Shown: positions 28,769 through 38,421 of the stretch, in pieces
How the letters are laid out: each line of letters begins with the position of its first letter
How positions within the stretch are numbered: the stretch's first letter is position 1
NCBI RefSeq assembly: GCF_965233845.1
Contig: NZ_OZ247584.1
Coordinates: 1,755,914 to 1,819,913, forward strand
Source of the DNA: Flagellimonas sp.
Lineage (GTDB): Bacteria; Bacteroidota; Bacteroidia; Flavobacteriales; Flavobacteriaceae
DNA length: 64,000 nucleotides
Reading direction: 5' to 3'
Made by a program: the position numbers and the translations under genes
Notes under the pieces: generated by a model
What the model saw: the letters and a program-made list of their open reading frames with translations, nothing else
The model's database searches: none
Told to the model about the DNA's origin: nothing

Positions 28769-29545
28769 CTACATCATTTTAGCCACAATTTCCCTAAAAA
28801 GTTTGCCACAGACCATGACGGTCATATCATTGATATCCCTGGTAGGATTGTATTCCACAATATCCGCACCCACCAAGGGCACTCGGATATCCTGAATCAA
28901 TTCTATGGTTTGACGTGTGCTTAGTCCGCCTGGTTCATGGTGCGAAACCCCAGGGGCAAATGCAGGGTCCAAGGCGTCCATATCCAAGGAAAGGTAAAGT
29001 GGATTTGTAAATTGGGGCATGCTAAAGGATGCAAAATCCTTCATTTCATTGATTTTGACACCAAACCGCTGGGCATGCTGCCGTTGTTCCTCATTTAAGG
29101 TCCGAATCCCTACCTGCACCAAATTTTCTGCCAACTCATTTTCCATGATATTGTAGAACGGACAAGCATGGGAGTGCTTATCCCCTTCAAAACTGGAATA
29201 CAAATCGCCATGCGCATCAATATGCAGTATGTCTAACTTTCCGTAAACGGAATAAAATGCTTTAATTAACGGAAAAGTAACGGAATGATCTCCGCCAAAG
29301 GTGAGCAAGGGTGTTCCCTTTTTTAGATTTTTGGAGGTTGTCTTTTCAATATCGAAATAGTTTTCAATTTCAAAATCGCCTTTGTCATCAAACATTTCAG
29401 GAGTGATTTTTTTGCCATCTTCAGCATAGTAATTGGCGGAATGGCTGTGGTATGCCTTACGGATCAACGGCGGGGCCAAGGCGGGGCCCCTTAGAAAAGA
29501 GGACTTTGCATCAAACAAAATTCCTTGCAGTGTAATCTGAGCCAT
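28769..29545 (-). CDS. Arginase-family hydrolase (agmatinase/formimidoylglutamase-like)
   Basis: Mn-binding motifs GGDHSVTFP, DAHGDL and SLDMDALDP. Confidence 0.85.
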   Translation of the reverse strand: MAQITLQGILFDAKSSFLRGPALAPPLIRKAYHSHSANYYAEDGKKITPEMFDDKGDFEIENYFDIEKTTSKNLKKGTPLLTFGGDHSVTFPLIKAFYSVYGKLDILHIDAHGDLYSSFEGDKHSHACPFYNIMENELAENLVQVGIRTLNEEQRQHAQRFGVKINEMKDFASFSMPQFTNPLYLSLDMDALDPAFAPGVSHHEPGGLSTRQTIELIQDIRVPLVGADIVEYNPTRDINDMTVMVCGKLFREIVAKMM

Positions 29546-29624
29546 GGACTAAAGGTAGTAACATTGAATGGCTTTTATCAAAAGCATTTCTTGCTATTTT
29601 TGCAGGACTAAAACAGAAGCAAGC

Positions 29625-29753
29625 ATGCAGCAAAAGGAAAAGGATTATAATGGTTTTTGGAAACAATTGGGTTGTATTCTTTCTGTAATTGTCATTCTTG
29701 GAATACTTACCGTAATGGGGCTTGGTATCTATCTTTTCGTAAAAGGCTTCTAA
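29625..29753 (+). CDS. Possible 42-aa single-TM protein
   Basis: MQQKEKDYNGFWKQLGCILSVIVILGILTVMGLGIYLFVKGF. A TAnnTTTG box (TATTTTTG, 29595-29602) lies 23 nt upstream. Confidence 0.3.
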   Translation: MQQKEKDYNGFWKQLGCILSVIVILGILTVMGLGIYLFVKGF

Positions 29754-29879
29754 TCCAAGCAGGGATTGCTTTCTTTCCAAAACTTCAGACTATATTTGCA
29801 CGCTTAAATCAATTGACAATTAGCAATGAACAATTGACAATTGTCTAACATCTCAAGTCTAACGTCTAAGATCTATCAC

Positions 29880-30974
29880 ATGAAAGCCGGAATTGTAGGA
29901 TTGCCCAATGTAGGAAAGTCAACTTTGTTCAATTGTTTGTCCAATGCCAAGGCCCAGAGTGCCAATTTCCCTTTTTGTACCATTGAACCCAATATAGGAG
30001 TAGTCAATGTACCTGATCCAAGATTGGAAAAGCTTGAGGAAATGGTAAATCCCGAAAAAGTGATTCCGGCCACAGTGGAGATTGTGGATATAGCCGGTTT
30101 GGTAAAAGGAGCCAGTAAAGGGGAAGGTCTGGGTAACCAATTCTTGGGCAATATCAGGGAAACCGATGCCATCCTACATGTGCTTAGATGTTTTGACAAC
30201 GATAACATTGTCCACGTGGATGGTTCCGTGGATCCTATCCGGGACAAGGAGACCATTGATATGGAACTGCAACTTCGGGATTTGGAAAGTGTGGAAAAGA
30301 AATTGGATAAGGTAAAGCGTGCTTCCAAAACCGGAAACAAAGATGCCCAGAAAGAAGCAGAGGTGTTAAACAAGATAAAAGAAGCTTTGGAAGCCGGTAT
30401 CTCGGTAAGGGCCATTTCCATTTCCGAAGATGATCATTGGGATTATGTAAAACCTCTGCAACTGATTACGGACAAACCCGTAATGTATGTGTGCAATGTG
30501 GACGAAGGTGCAGCAGTGGAAGGGAATGACTATGTAAAAAAAGTAAAGGAAGCTGTGGCCAACGAAAATGCCGAAGTAATTTTCCTGGCCGTTGGCACCG
30601 AAGCTGATATTACCGAACTGGAAACCTATGAGGAGCGCCAAATGTTCTTGGAAGATTTGGGACTCTCAGAACCTGGTTCCGCAAAACTCATACGAGGGGC
30701 CTACCGATTGCTTGATCTAGAAACATACTTCACCGCAGGACAAAAAGAGGTACGCGCTTGGACTATCCCAGTCGGTGCTACCGCACCGCAAGCCGCTGGG
30801 GTAATCCATACCGATTTTGAAAAGGGCTTTATCCGTGCGGAGGTCATTTCCTATGCCGATTACGTACAACACGGTAGCGAAGCTAAAGTGAAAGAAGCGG
30901 GTCGTATGCGTGTAGAAGGCAAGGAGTATGTGGTACAGGATGGGGATGTGATGCATTTTAGATTCAATGTTTAG
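29880..30974 (+). CDS. ychF: Redox-regulated ATPase YchF
   Basis: G1 motif GLPNVGKSTLFN and C-terminal TGS-like YVVQDGDVMHFRFNV. The start was moved to the ATG at 29880. Confidence 0.95.
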   Translation: MKAGIVGLPNVGKSTLFNCLSNAKAQSANFPFCTIEPNIGVVNVPDPRLEKLEEMVNPEKVIPATVEIVDIAGLVKGASKGEGLGNQFLGNIRETDAILHVLRCFDNDNIVHVDGSVDPIRDKETIDMELQLRDLESVEKKLDKVKRASKTGNKDAQKEAEVLNKIKEALEAGISVRAISISEDDHWDYVKPLQLITDKPVMYVCNVDEGAAVEGNDYVKKVKEAVANENAEVIFLAVGTEADITELETYEERQMFLEDLGLSEPGSAKLIRGAYRLLDLETYFTAGQKEVRAWTIPVGATAPQAAGVIHTDFEKGFIRAEVISYADYVQHGSEAKVKEAGRMRVEGKEYVVQDGDVMHFRFNV

Positions 30975-31040
30975 AGGCTAAACTCAAGACAAAAGACATA
31001 ATACATAAGATGGGGTCATCTCTAACTCTATTTACACGCT

Positions 31041-31086
31041 AATTTGCGAAACCTCCCTGCCGGTAGACAGGTTCGTGTCAAACCAT
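31041..31086. repeat. REP/MITE-like repeat unit A1 (degenerate hairpin + TTCGTGTCAAACC)
   Basis: aatttgcgaaacctccctgccggtagacaggttcgtgtcaaaccat shares AATT-GTG, ACCTsCCTGCC, CAGG and TTCGTGTCAAACC with the other units. Confidence 0.7.
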
Positions 31087-31142
31087 CAGAGCAAATGCCG
31101 TCCGGTCATCTCAAAACACCATATACACTACTTATTGGTGAG

Positions 31143-31165
31143 AATTAGTGGAATCGGTGTCAAGC
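31143..31165. repeat. REP/MITE-like repeat unit A2 (hairpin-less form)
   Basis: aattagtggaatcggtgtcaagc matches AATTAGTG..TTCGTGTCAAGC of units B2, C1 and C2. Confidence 0.55.
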
Positions 31166-31333
31166 TAAAGGGTAGTCTGTAACATACCTTGATGTAATTT
31201 GTAGAAATTCCCAAAACAACAATCCGTCAATCAAGACCTTGGATTCGTCAACTCAGAAGGCCAATCCATCCATTGGCCCATAATTGCTAGCTGCAGAATC
31301 CCCAATTTAGTATAACAGCTAAAAGTGAATTAA

Positions 31334-31789
31334 ATGAGGGGGTTTTTCAATAATTTGTTCAGGGGAAAACAGAGCGTATCTTTAGAGGAGGCCTGCCAAA
31401 AAAATCAGGAAAACCTTTCAAGGGCTAAAGCTACGGATGAGGAAGAAATTTTGGTGTGGCAAGCTTCCAATGCCTTAACAAGCGGAGAATTTGAAGAAGC
31501 CGTGCAACGCTATTTGGAATTGGCCATCAAATATCCATGGAACAAAGGACTTTACCTGAGCCAAGTAGGGGCTGGGTACTATTTTCTAACGGAATTTGAT
31601 AAAGCTATAGCCTATTATCTGGAAGCCAAACAAGTTGGGATGGACGCAGCCATGATGGACGATAGTGTTTGGGAAACCTGTGAAACCCAGTACAACAACA
31701 CCCATAACAAAACCGATATCAAAAAATACCTGGAATATTTCCCTGAAGGCAGTCACATCAAAAAAGCCCAAAAGTTGTTGAATGGATAA
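31334..31789 (+). CDS. TPR-like hypothetical protein
   Basis: 151 aa, helical, with TPR-like segments (FEEAVQRYLELAIKYPWN, FDKAIAYYLEAKQVG). Confidence 0.55.
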   Translation: MRGFFNNLFRGKQSVSLEEACQKNQENLSRAKATDEEEILVWQASNALTSGEFEEAVQRYLELAIKYPWNKGLYLSQVGAGYYFLTEFDKAIAYYLEAKQVGMDAAMMDDSVWETCETQYNNTHNKTDIKKYLEYFPEGSHIKKAQKLLNG

Positions 31790-31820
31790 AACTACCGGTT
31801 AAGAATGGAGTCTTGGTGCA

Positions 31821-31862
31821 AAATTGTGAAACCTGCCTGCCGGCAGGCAGGTCCGCATTGGA
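31821..31862. repeat. REP/MITE-like repeat unit B1 containing a perfect 22-nt palindrome
   Basis: ACCTGCCTGCCGGCAGGCAGGT (31831-31852) is its own reverse complement and is preceded by AAATTGTGAA. Confidence 0.8.
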
Positions 31863-31898
31863 ATACCAACAATACCTCAGACTCAAAGGTGTTTGTGA

Positions 31899-31961
31899 AA
31901 ATTAGTGCGATTCGTGTCCAACTGTTGTGGCCAATTCATCTAACCTGCCTCCAGTACAGGT
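31899..31961. repeat. REP/MITE-like repeat unit B2
   Basis: aattagtgcgattcgtgtccaactgttgtggccaattcatctaacctgcctccagtacaggt is colinear with unit C2. Confidence 0.7.
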
Positions 31962-32105
31962 TTATTCAAAACCCTAAGCTTCAACTACTCCTAGATCAAC
32001 CCAAACCCCTCATTCATCAATCCAAAAGGCCCATCCGTAAAATGGGAGGTAGTTTGCTCCTTTAAAAATCTGACTTTAGGACTTTCTAATTAAAAAACAA
32101 AATCT

Positions 32106-33398
32106 ATGAAAATCCTGAAATCTTATTCCTTTAAGAAATGGCTGGTCTTTGGCTTGCCAACTCTAGCCATGTGTGTGATCATTGCTTGTAGCGATGATGA
32201 TGGTAAAACTGATGATGGTACAGGAGGTACGGATGACGATCCAACACCTGAAACAATGACCTTTACCTCATTTGATCCAATGGAAGGTGAACGGGGCAGT
32301 ACCGTTGAGTTGACCGGAACCAGCTTTAGCACAACCACAACTGGGAACACGGTAAAATTTGGAACTGTGGATGCAGAGGTTACTGGCGCCACGCCAACTA
32401 TGTTAACGGTAACTGTACCAGATAATGCCACCTCGGGAACTATAAGCGTTTCAACAGGAACTACAACGGTAACAAGTACTGGTGAGTTTAACGTAATTAC
32501 TGGAAAATGGAGGCAAGTGGCAGATTTTGGTGGTGGTCCTCGAGCTGATTTTATGGTTACTGCTTCCGAAACAAAAGGGTATGCAGGTTTTGGTATCGGG
32601 GAAACAATTGAAATTGATAAAAAGGATATTTGGATTTTTGACCCCAATCTCGAGGAAAATGGCACTTGGAGCTTAATGGAAGATGAGTTTCCAGGTAGTG
32701 AAAGATGGATTCCAAATGGTATTACTATTGATGAGACCTTATATATTCTTGGTGGTTATGGATACGTTGATCAGGAAGCTGATGAATTACAAGATTTTTA
32801 TTCTTATACATCTGAAAATGGCTGGCACCAAGAGGTTGATTTACCAGGCGAATTAAGGAGAAATGCTGTGGTCTTTTCTGCTAATAGTAAAATTTACTAT
32901 GGACTTGGGGGGTATGGAGACACCTTTTACACTGATTTATGGGCTTTTGATCCAGATTTGGAAGAATGGGGCAAAGTCTCAAGTTTTACTGGAACCCCAC
33001 GAGAGGATTATACTTATTTTGTTATAGATGGCGCACTTTATTTTGGGTTGGGCGATAAGGAAGGCCCGGGAGGAATGATGGACTTTTGGAAATACGATTC
33101 TTCAAGTGATGTTTGGACAGAACTTTCAACATTTCCGGGTGGTTCATATGGATATCATGGGGCATTTAGTTTAAATGGAAAAGGATATATAACCACAGGT
33201 TATAATGGAGATGAGTTTGTTTCAACAACGTGGGAGTATACTCCTGAAAATGATTCGTGGACTAAGAAGAGTTCTTTTAAGGGAGAAGCAACTCACATTC
33301 AAGGGTTTTCAATTGGTAATAGAGGTTATGTTATTGGAGGTTATCTTCCTGAGAACAATATTTCGGATGAACTTTGGGAATTCAACCCAGAAAACTAA
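32106..33398 (+). CDS. Lipoprotein with an IPT/TIG domain and a Kelch-type beta-propeller
   Basis: Lipobox VIIACS. IPT/TIG-like FTSFDPMEGERGSTVELTGTSF...TVTVPDNATSGTISV. Repeated Kelch-like motifs (YILGGYGY, YYGLGGYG, YFGLGD, YITTGYNG, YVIGGY). Confidence 0.75.
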   Translation: MKILKSYSFKKWLVFGLPTLAMCVIIACSDDDGKTDDGTGGTDDDPTPETMTFTSFDPMEGERGSTVELTGTSFSTTTTGNTVKFGTVDAEVTGATPTMLTVTVPDNATSGTISVSTGTTTVTSTGEFNVITGKWRQVADFGGGPRADFMVTASETKGYAGFGIGETIEIDKKDIWIFDPNLEENGTWSLMEDEFPGSERWIPNGITIDETLYILGGYGYVDQEADELQDFYSYTSENGWHQEVDLPGELRRNAVVFSANSKIYYGLGGYGDTFYTDLWAFDPDLEEWGKVSSFTGTPREDYTYFVIDGALYFGLGDKEGPGGMMDFWKYDSSSDVWTELSTFPGGSYGYHGAFSLNGKGYITTGYNGDEFVSTTWEYTPENDSWTKKSSFKGEATHIQGFSIGNRGYVIGGYLPENNISDELWEFNPEN

Positions 33399-33443
33399 AA
33401 CAACAAAGCTTTTTTTTGACCACCAATTGTATGGGATAAGAAG

Positions 33444-33468
33444 CACCGGCCAAAGGCCGGTGTTTTTT
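33444..33468 (+). terminator. Rho-independent terminator after the IPT/Kelch gene
   Basis: CACCGGCC-aaa-GGCCGGTG stem followed by TTTTTT. Confidence 0.8.
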
Positions 33469-33485
33469 GTTGGGTTGCTTAAAAT

Positions 33486-33571
33486 AATTAGTGCCACCTG
33501 CCTGCCTGTTTACATGCCTTTGGCATGCAGGCAGGTTCGTGTCAAGCCGTTTTAGCCACTTAGTGCAACCC
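33486..33571. repeat. REP/MITE-like repeat unit C1 (long hairpin form)
   Basis: AATTAGTG + ACCTGCCTGC...GCAGGCAGGT (33496-33536, with inner stem CATGCC/GGCATG) + TTCGTGTCAAGCCGTTTTAGCCACTTAGTG. Confidence 0.8.
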
Positions 33572-33630
33572 ATTTTCTGATATGTAGATTCTTATCCACC
33601 AAAAGCAAAGCTTGAACGTTTGTATTTGTG

Positions 33631-33707
33631 GTAATTGGTGCCATTCGTGTCAAACCATTTTAGCCAATTAATGAAACCTGTCTGCGGATAGACGGGTTCG
33701 TGTCCAG
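33631..33707. repeat. REP/MITE-like repeat unit C2
   Basis: aattggtgccattcgtgtcaaaccattttagccaattaatgaaacctgtctgcggatagacgggttcgtgtccag. It contains two TTCGTGTC boxes around a 7-bp hairpin. Confidence 0.75.
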
Positions 33708-33845
33708 TCTTTATAAGCTATTCATGAAATCTAAGCCAAACCCCGATAAAATCCCCTATCAACACCCCTTGTTGATTACTTTCTAGCTGCTGCGCTAGTA
33801 TTTTTGTGCCTAAATTTTATATTAGCAAGGATTAACCCCTAACAC

Positions 33846-35699
33846 ATGGCACAGACCCAGTATACAGAGGATAACATTCGTTCACTGGATTGGAAGGAGC
33901 ATATCCGTATGCGTCCCGGAATGTATATTGGTAAACTTGGTGACGGCTCCTCCGCTGATGATGGTATCTACATTCTTCTAAAGGAAGTGATAGACAACTG
34001 TATTGACGAATTTGTCATGGGGGCAGGTAAGACCATTGAAATCAACATCAAGGAAAACACCGTTCATGTTCGGGACTACGGTCGTGGAATTCCCTTGGGC
34101 AAGGTGGTGGATGTGGTTTCCAAAATGAACACAGGGGGAAAGTACGATACCCGTGCCTTTAAAAAATCAGTGGGATTGAACGGTGTAGGGACCAAGGCAG
34201 TAAATGCATTGTCCACTTCCTTCAAGGTGGAATCCACCAGGGACGGAAAATCCAAGACAGCCGAATTTGAGACCGGAAACCTCATTAATGAGGAAATGCT
34301 GGAGGAAACCTCTAGAAGAAGGGGAACCAAGGTAAGTTTTGTCCCGGACGAGTCCATTTTCAAGAATTATAAATACCGCAATGAGTATGTAGAACGCATG
34401 CTCAAGAACTACGTTTATCTAAATCCTGGCCTCACCATTGTCTTTAACGGGGAAAAATTCCATTCGGAAAATGGATTAAAAGACCTTTTGGAGGACAATA
34501 ACAATCAAGAAGACTTTTTATACCCCATCATTCATCTTAAGGGGAATGACATTGAAGTGGCCATTACCCACAGCAAAACACAATACAGTGAGGAGTATCA
34601 CTCCTTTGTTAACGGGCAGCACACCACACAGGGAGGTACCCATCAGGCGGCATTTAGGGAAGCCATTGTAAAGACTGTCAGGGATTACTACGGCAAAAAT
34701 TATGATGCTTCGGACATCCGTAAGTCCATTATCTCGGCAGTGTCCATAAAGGTCATGGAGCCGGTTTTCGAAAGTCAGACCAAGACCAAGCTGGGTTCTA
34801 CCGATATGGGTGGAAACCTACCGACAGTGCGTACCTATGTGAACGACTTTATAGGGAAGTACCTGGACAACTACCTGCACAAAAATCAGGAAACGGCTGA
34901 TGCCCTGCAGCGAAAAATTGTGCAGGCCGAAAAGGAACGCAAGGAACTTTCAGGTATTCGTAAACTGGCCAGGGAACGAGCCAAAAAGGCTAGTCTTCAC
35001 AACAAAAAACTACGCGATTGCCGTGTGCATCTTCAGGATATGAAAAAGGATCGTAGGTTGGAGACCACCCTCTTTATCACAGAAGGGGATTCGGCCTCGG
35101 GTTCCATCACCAAATCCCGTGATGTAAATACCCAAGCGGTTTTTAGTCTTCGGGGAAAGCCATTGAATTCCTATGGCATGTCCAAAAAGATTGTGTATGA
35201 GAATGAGGAATTCAACCTGTTACAGGCAGCGTTGAATATTGAGGAGTCCATGGAGGGCTTGAGATACAATAATATTGTAATCGCCACGGATGCCGATGTG
35301 GATGGAATGCACATTCGATTGCTCTTGATCACCTTCTTTCTGCAATTTTTCCCAGAACTGATCAAAGAAGGGCATCTATACATTTTACAAACTCCCTTGT
35401 TCCGGGTTCGAAATAAAAAGGAAACCATCTATTGCTATAGCGAGGAAGAAAAACGAAATGCCATTGAAAAGTTGACCGGCAAACCTGAAATTACGCGCTT
35501 TAAGGGGTTGGGTGAGATTTCTCCAGATGAGTTCCAACATTTTATAGGGGATGATATTAGATTGGAACCTGTAATGCTGGACAAGGCCATGAGCATAGAT
35601 ACGTTGCTGAAATTCTATATGGGAAAGAATACGCCCGATCGTCAGGAATTTATCATCAATAATCTTAAAGTAGAACTTGACTTAGTAGAAGAAAACTAA
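33846..35699 (+). CDS. parE: DNA topoisomerase IV subunit B
   Basis: GHKL motifs [18 protein letters not shown] and GLNGVG. Toprim motifs EGDSA and TDADVDG. 617 aa, shorter than a typical GyrB, and directly followed by the A subunit. Confidence 0.85.
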   Translation: MAQTQYTEDNIRSLDWKEHIRMRPGMYIGKLGDGSSADDGIYILLKEVIDNCIDEFVMGAGKTIEINIKENTVHVRDYGRGIPLGKVVDVVSKMNTGGKYDTRAFKKSVGLNGVGTKAVNALSTSFKVESTRDGKSKTAEFETGNLINEEMLEETSRRRGTKVSFVPDESIFKNYKYRNEYVERMLKNYVYLNPGLTIVFNGEKFHSENGLKDLLEDNNNQEDFLYPIIHLKGNDIEVAITHSKTQYSEEYHSFVNGQHTTQGGTHQAAFREAIVKTVRDYYGKNYDASDIRKSIISAVSIKVMEPVFESQTKTKLGSTDMGGNLPTVRTYVNDFIGKYLDNYLHKNQETADALQRKIVQAEKERKELSGIRKLARERAKKASLHNKKLRDCRVHLQDMKKDRRLETTLFITEGDSASGSITKSRDVNTQAVFSLRGKPLNSYGMSKKIVYENEEFNLLQAALNIEESMEGLRYNNIVIATDADVDGMHIRLLLITFFLQFFPELIKEGHLYILQTPLFRVRNKKETIYCYSEEEKRNAIEKLTGKPEITRFKGLGEISPDEFQHFIGDDIRLEPVMLDKAMSIDTLLKFYMGKNTPDRQEFIINNLKVELDLVEEN

Positions 35700-35729
35700 C
35701 TATAAACTAATAAAATGACCTCCTTCTAA

Positions 35730-38357
35730 ATGGAAGAGAATGAAGCACTGAACGATGAAGGTTTAGAAAGCCAGGAAAAATCCCAAGACAGTCTTACCCG
35801 CGTAACCGGCATGTACAAGGACTGGTTCTTGGATTATGCCTCCTATGTAATCTTGGAACGTGCGGTTCCCGCCATTGAGGATGGCTTTAAGCCCGTGCAG
35901 CGTAGGATCATGCACTCCCTTAAAGAATTGGACGATGGTCGCTATAACAAAGTGGCCAATGTGGTGGGACACACTATGCAATACCACCCCCATGGAGATG
36001 CCAGTATTGCGGATGCTATGGTTCAGATTGGTCAAAAAGACCTACTTATTGATACCCAAGGAAACTGGGGAAACATTCTTACGGGAGATAGTGCGGCCGC
36101 ATCGAGATATATTGAAGCCCGGCTTTCCAAATTTGCGTTGGACGTTGTATATAGCCCAAAAATTACGGAATGGCAGTTGTCCTACGATGGACGAAAAAAG
36201 GAACCTGTCAACTTACCCGTCAAATTTCCTTTGCTATTGGCCCAAGGAGCGGAAGGGATTGCTGTTGGCTTATCAACCAAGATCCTGCCACATAATTTTA
36301 ATGAACTTATTGATGCGTCCATCAAACATTTGAAGGGACAGCGTTTTAAACTTTATCCTGATTTTCCCACAGCTGGAATCATCGATGTGACCAACTACAA
36401 TGAGGGAATGCGTGGTGGAAAGGTAAGAGTACGGGCCAAGATTTCAACCTTGGATAAGAACACCCTAGTGATCAACGAAATACCCTATGGCACCAACACA
36501 TCTTCTTTAATAGATTCCATCCTTAAAGCCAACGATAAGGGGAAAATCAAGATTAAAAAGATTGAGGATAATACTGCTGCCGAGGTAGAGATTTTGGTGC
36601 ATCTGCCTAGTGGCCTTTCTCCGGATAAGACCATTGATGCACTCTACGCCTTCACGGCCTGTGAATCATCCATTTCGCCCTTGGGATGCATCATTGAGGA
36701 CAACAAACCCTTGTTCATTGGTGTTAAGGAAATGCTGGAGCGCTCTACCGATTATACGGTTGAGCTGCTTAAAGCAGAACTTGAAATCCAATTGGGTGAG
36801 TTGGAGGAACAGTGGCACTTTGCTTCCTTGGAGCGGATTTTTATCGAAAACAGAATCTACCGAGATATTGAGGAAGAGGAAACGTGGGAAGGTGTTATTG
36901 CAGCCATTGACAAAGGGCTAAAGCCCCATACCAAAAATCTGAAAAGGGCTGTAACCGAAGAGGATATTGTACGCTTGACCGAAATCAGAATTAAGCGAAT
37001 ATCCAAGTTTGATTTGGAGAAAGCACAACAGCTTATTGAGAGTTTGGATGAACGTATTGCCCAGACAAAGCACCATTTGGCACATCTGGTGGATTACGCC
37101 ATTGATTACTTCAAAGAACTAAAGAAAAAATATGGCAAAGGCCGTGAGCGCAAATCGGAAATCAAGATTTTTGATGACATTGAGGCGGCTAAGGTGGTCA
37201 TTAGAAACACCAAGTTATATGTGAATAGGGAAGAAGGTTTTATTGGCACCTCTCTTAGAAAGGATGAATATGTAACCGACTGTAGCGATATTGATGACGT
37301 CATTGTTTTTACCAAAAAAGGGGAAATGATGGTCACCAAGGTGGATTCCAAGACCTTTGTTGACAAAGGAATTATCCATGTTGCGGTATTCAAGAAAAAG
37401 GATAAGCGCACCACCTACAACATGATCTATAAGGATGGTAGGGGTGGACCCAGCTACATCAAAAGATTTAACGTTACAGGGGTTACCCGGGACAAAATGT
37501 ATCAACTGGCTGGGGACAAAGCTTCGGCTGAGGTATTGTATTTCTCTGCAAATCCCAACGGTGAGGCTGAAATCATTACGGTGTTGCTGCGCCAATCAGG
37601 CAGTATCAAGAAGCTGAAATGGGATTTGGATTTTGCCGATTTGTTGATAAAAGGAAGGGCGTCCAAGGGAAATTTGGTTACTAAATATCCTGTGAAGCGC
37701 ATTGAACTCAAAGAAAAAGGTGTATCCACCTTAAAACCCAGAAAGATTTGGTTCGACGACATTGTGAACCGTCTTAATGTAGACGGACGAGGAGAACTTT
37801 TAGGGGAATTTAAAGGAGATGACTTGCTCTTGATCATTGACCAAAAGGGAAAAGTAAAGACCATTCCGCCCGATTTGCTAACCCGCTTCAACGATGACAT
37901 GATCGTACTGGAAAAATGGAATCCCACCAAGCCCATTTCCGTAGTACATTATGAAGGAGAAAAGGAACGCTATTACATCAAGAGGTTCCTTATAGAAAAT
38001 TCGTCCAGGGAAGAGCTGGTCATTTCAGAACATCCCAAATCTGTTTTGGAATTGGTATCTACAGATTGGAGGCCAGTAATTGAGATTGAGTTTGTAAAAC
38101 CAAGGGGCAAGGAGGCCAAACCCAACCAACAGGTGGATATCGAAAGTTTCATTTCCGTCAAGGGAATAAAAGCCATTGGCAACCAATTGACCACGGAAAA
38201 AGTGAAAAACATCAACGCTTTGGAGCCGCTTCCATTTGAAGAGCCCAAGGATCCAACTCCAGAGGAAATGGAGGTGGTGGATGAAGAGTCAATCGGTTTT
38301 TCAAATGATGAGAAAAAGAACAATGATGAAAGTTCTGAGCAAACTACTTTGTTTTAA
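35730..38357 (+). CDS. parC: DNA topoisomerase IV subunit A
   Basis: YHPHGD motif and active-site Tyr context AASRYIEARL. I saw no canonical GyrA box (QRRGGKG). Adjacent to parE. Confidence 0.85.
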   Translation: MEENEALNDEGLESQEKSQDSLTRVTGMYKDWFLDYASYVILERAVPAIEDGFKPVQRRIMHSLKELDDGRYNKVANVVGHTMQYHPHGDASIADAMVQIGQKDLLIDTQGNWGNILTGDSAAASRYIEARLSKFALDVVYSPKITEWQLSYDGRKKEPVNLPVKFPLLLAQGAEGIAVGLSTKILPHNFNELIDASIKHLKGQRFKLYPDFPTAGIIDVTNYNEGMRGGKVRVRAKISTLDKNTLVINEIPYGTNTSSLIDSILKANDKGKIKIKKIEDNTAAEVEILVHLPSGLSPDKTIDALYAFTACESSISPLGCIIEDNKPLFIGVKEMLERSTDYTVELLKAELEIQLGELEEQWHFASLERIFIENRIYRDIEEEETWEGVIAAIDKGLKPHTKNLKRAVTEEDIVRLTEIRIKRISKFDLEKAQQLIESLDERIAQTKHHLAHLVDYAIDYFKELKKKYGKGRERKSEIKIFDDIEAAKVVIRNTKLYVNREEGFIGTSLRKDEYVTDCSDIDDVIVFTKKGEMMVTKVDSKTFVDKGIIHVAVFKKKDKRTTYNMIYKDGRGGPSYIKRFNVTGVTRDKMYQLAGDKASAEVLYFSANPNGEAEIITVLLRQSGSIKKLKWDLDFADLLIKGRASKGNLVTKYPVKRIELKEKGVSTLKPRKIWFDDIVNRLNVDGRGELLGEFKGDDLLLIIDQKGKVKTIPPDLLTRFNDDMIVLEKWNPTKPISVVHYEGEKERYYIKRFLIENSSREELVISEHPKSVLELVSTDWRPVIEIEFVKPRGKEAKPNQQVDIESFISVKGIKAIGNQLTTEKVKNINALEPLPFEEPKDPTPEEMEVVDEESIGFSNDEKKNNDESSEQTTLF

Positions 38358-38421
38358 TGCGTTATTCTGCCTATTTTGTGACCTTGGATACGCAGCTAAC
38401 CCCACAGTTTAATACCCCCTT

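Noticed and set aside
30975-33845. I asked whether the repeated palindromic units could be a CRISPR array.
   Set aside because: The units are imperfect, of variable length and irregularly spaced. Protein-coding genes interrupt them, and no cas genes are present. A REP/MITE-like family fits better.
33846-38357. I asked whether the type IIA topoisomerase pair is gyrB/gyrA rather than parE/parC.
   Set aside because: The two subunit genes are adjacent, the B subunit is short (617 aa), and I found no canonical GyrA box in the A subunit. All three points favour topoisomerase IV. A phylogeny would settle it.
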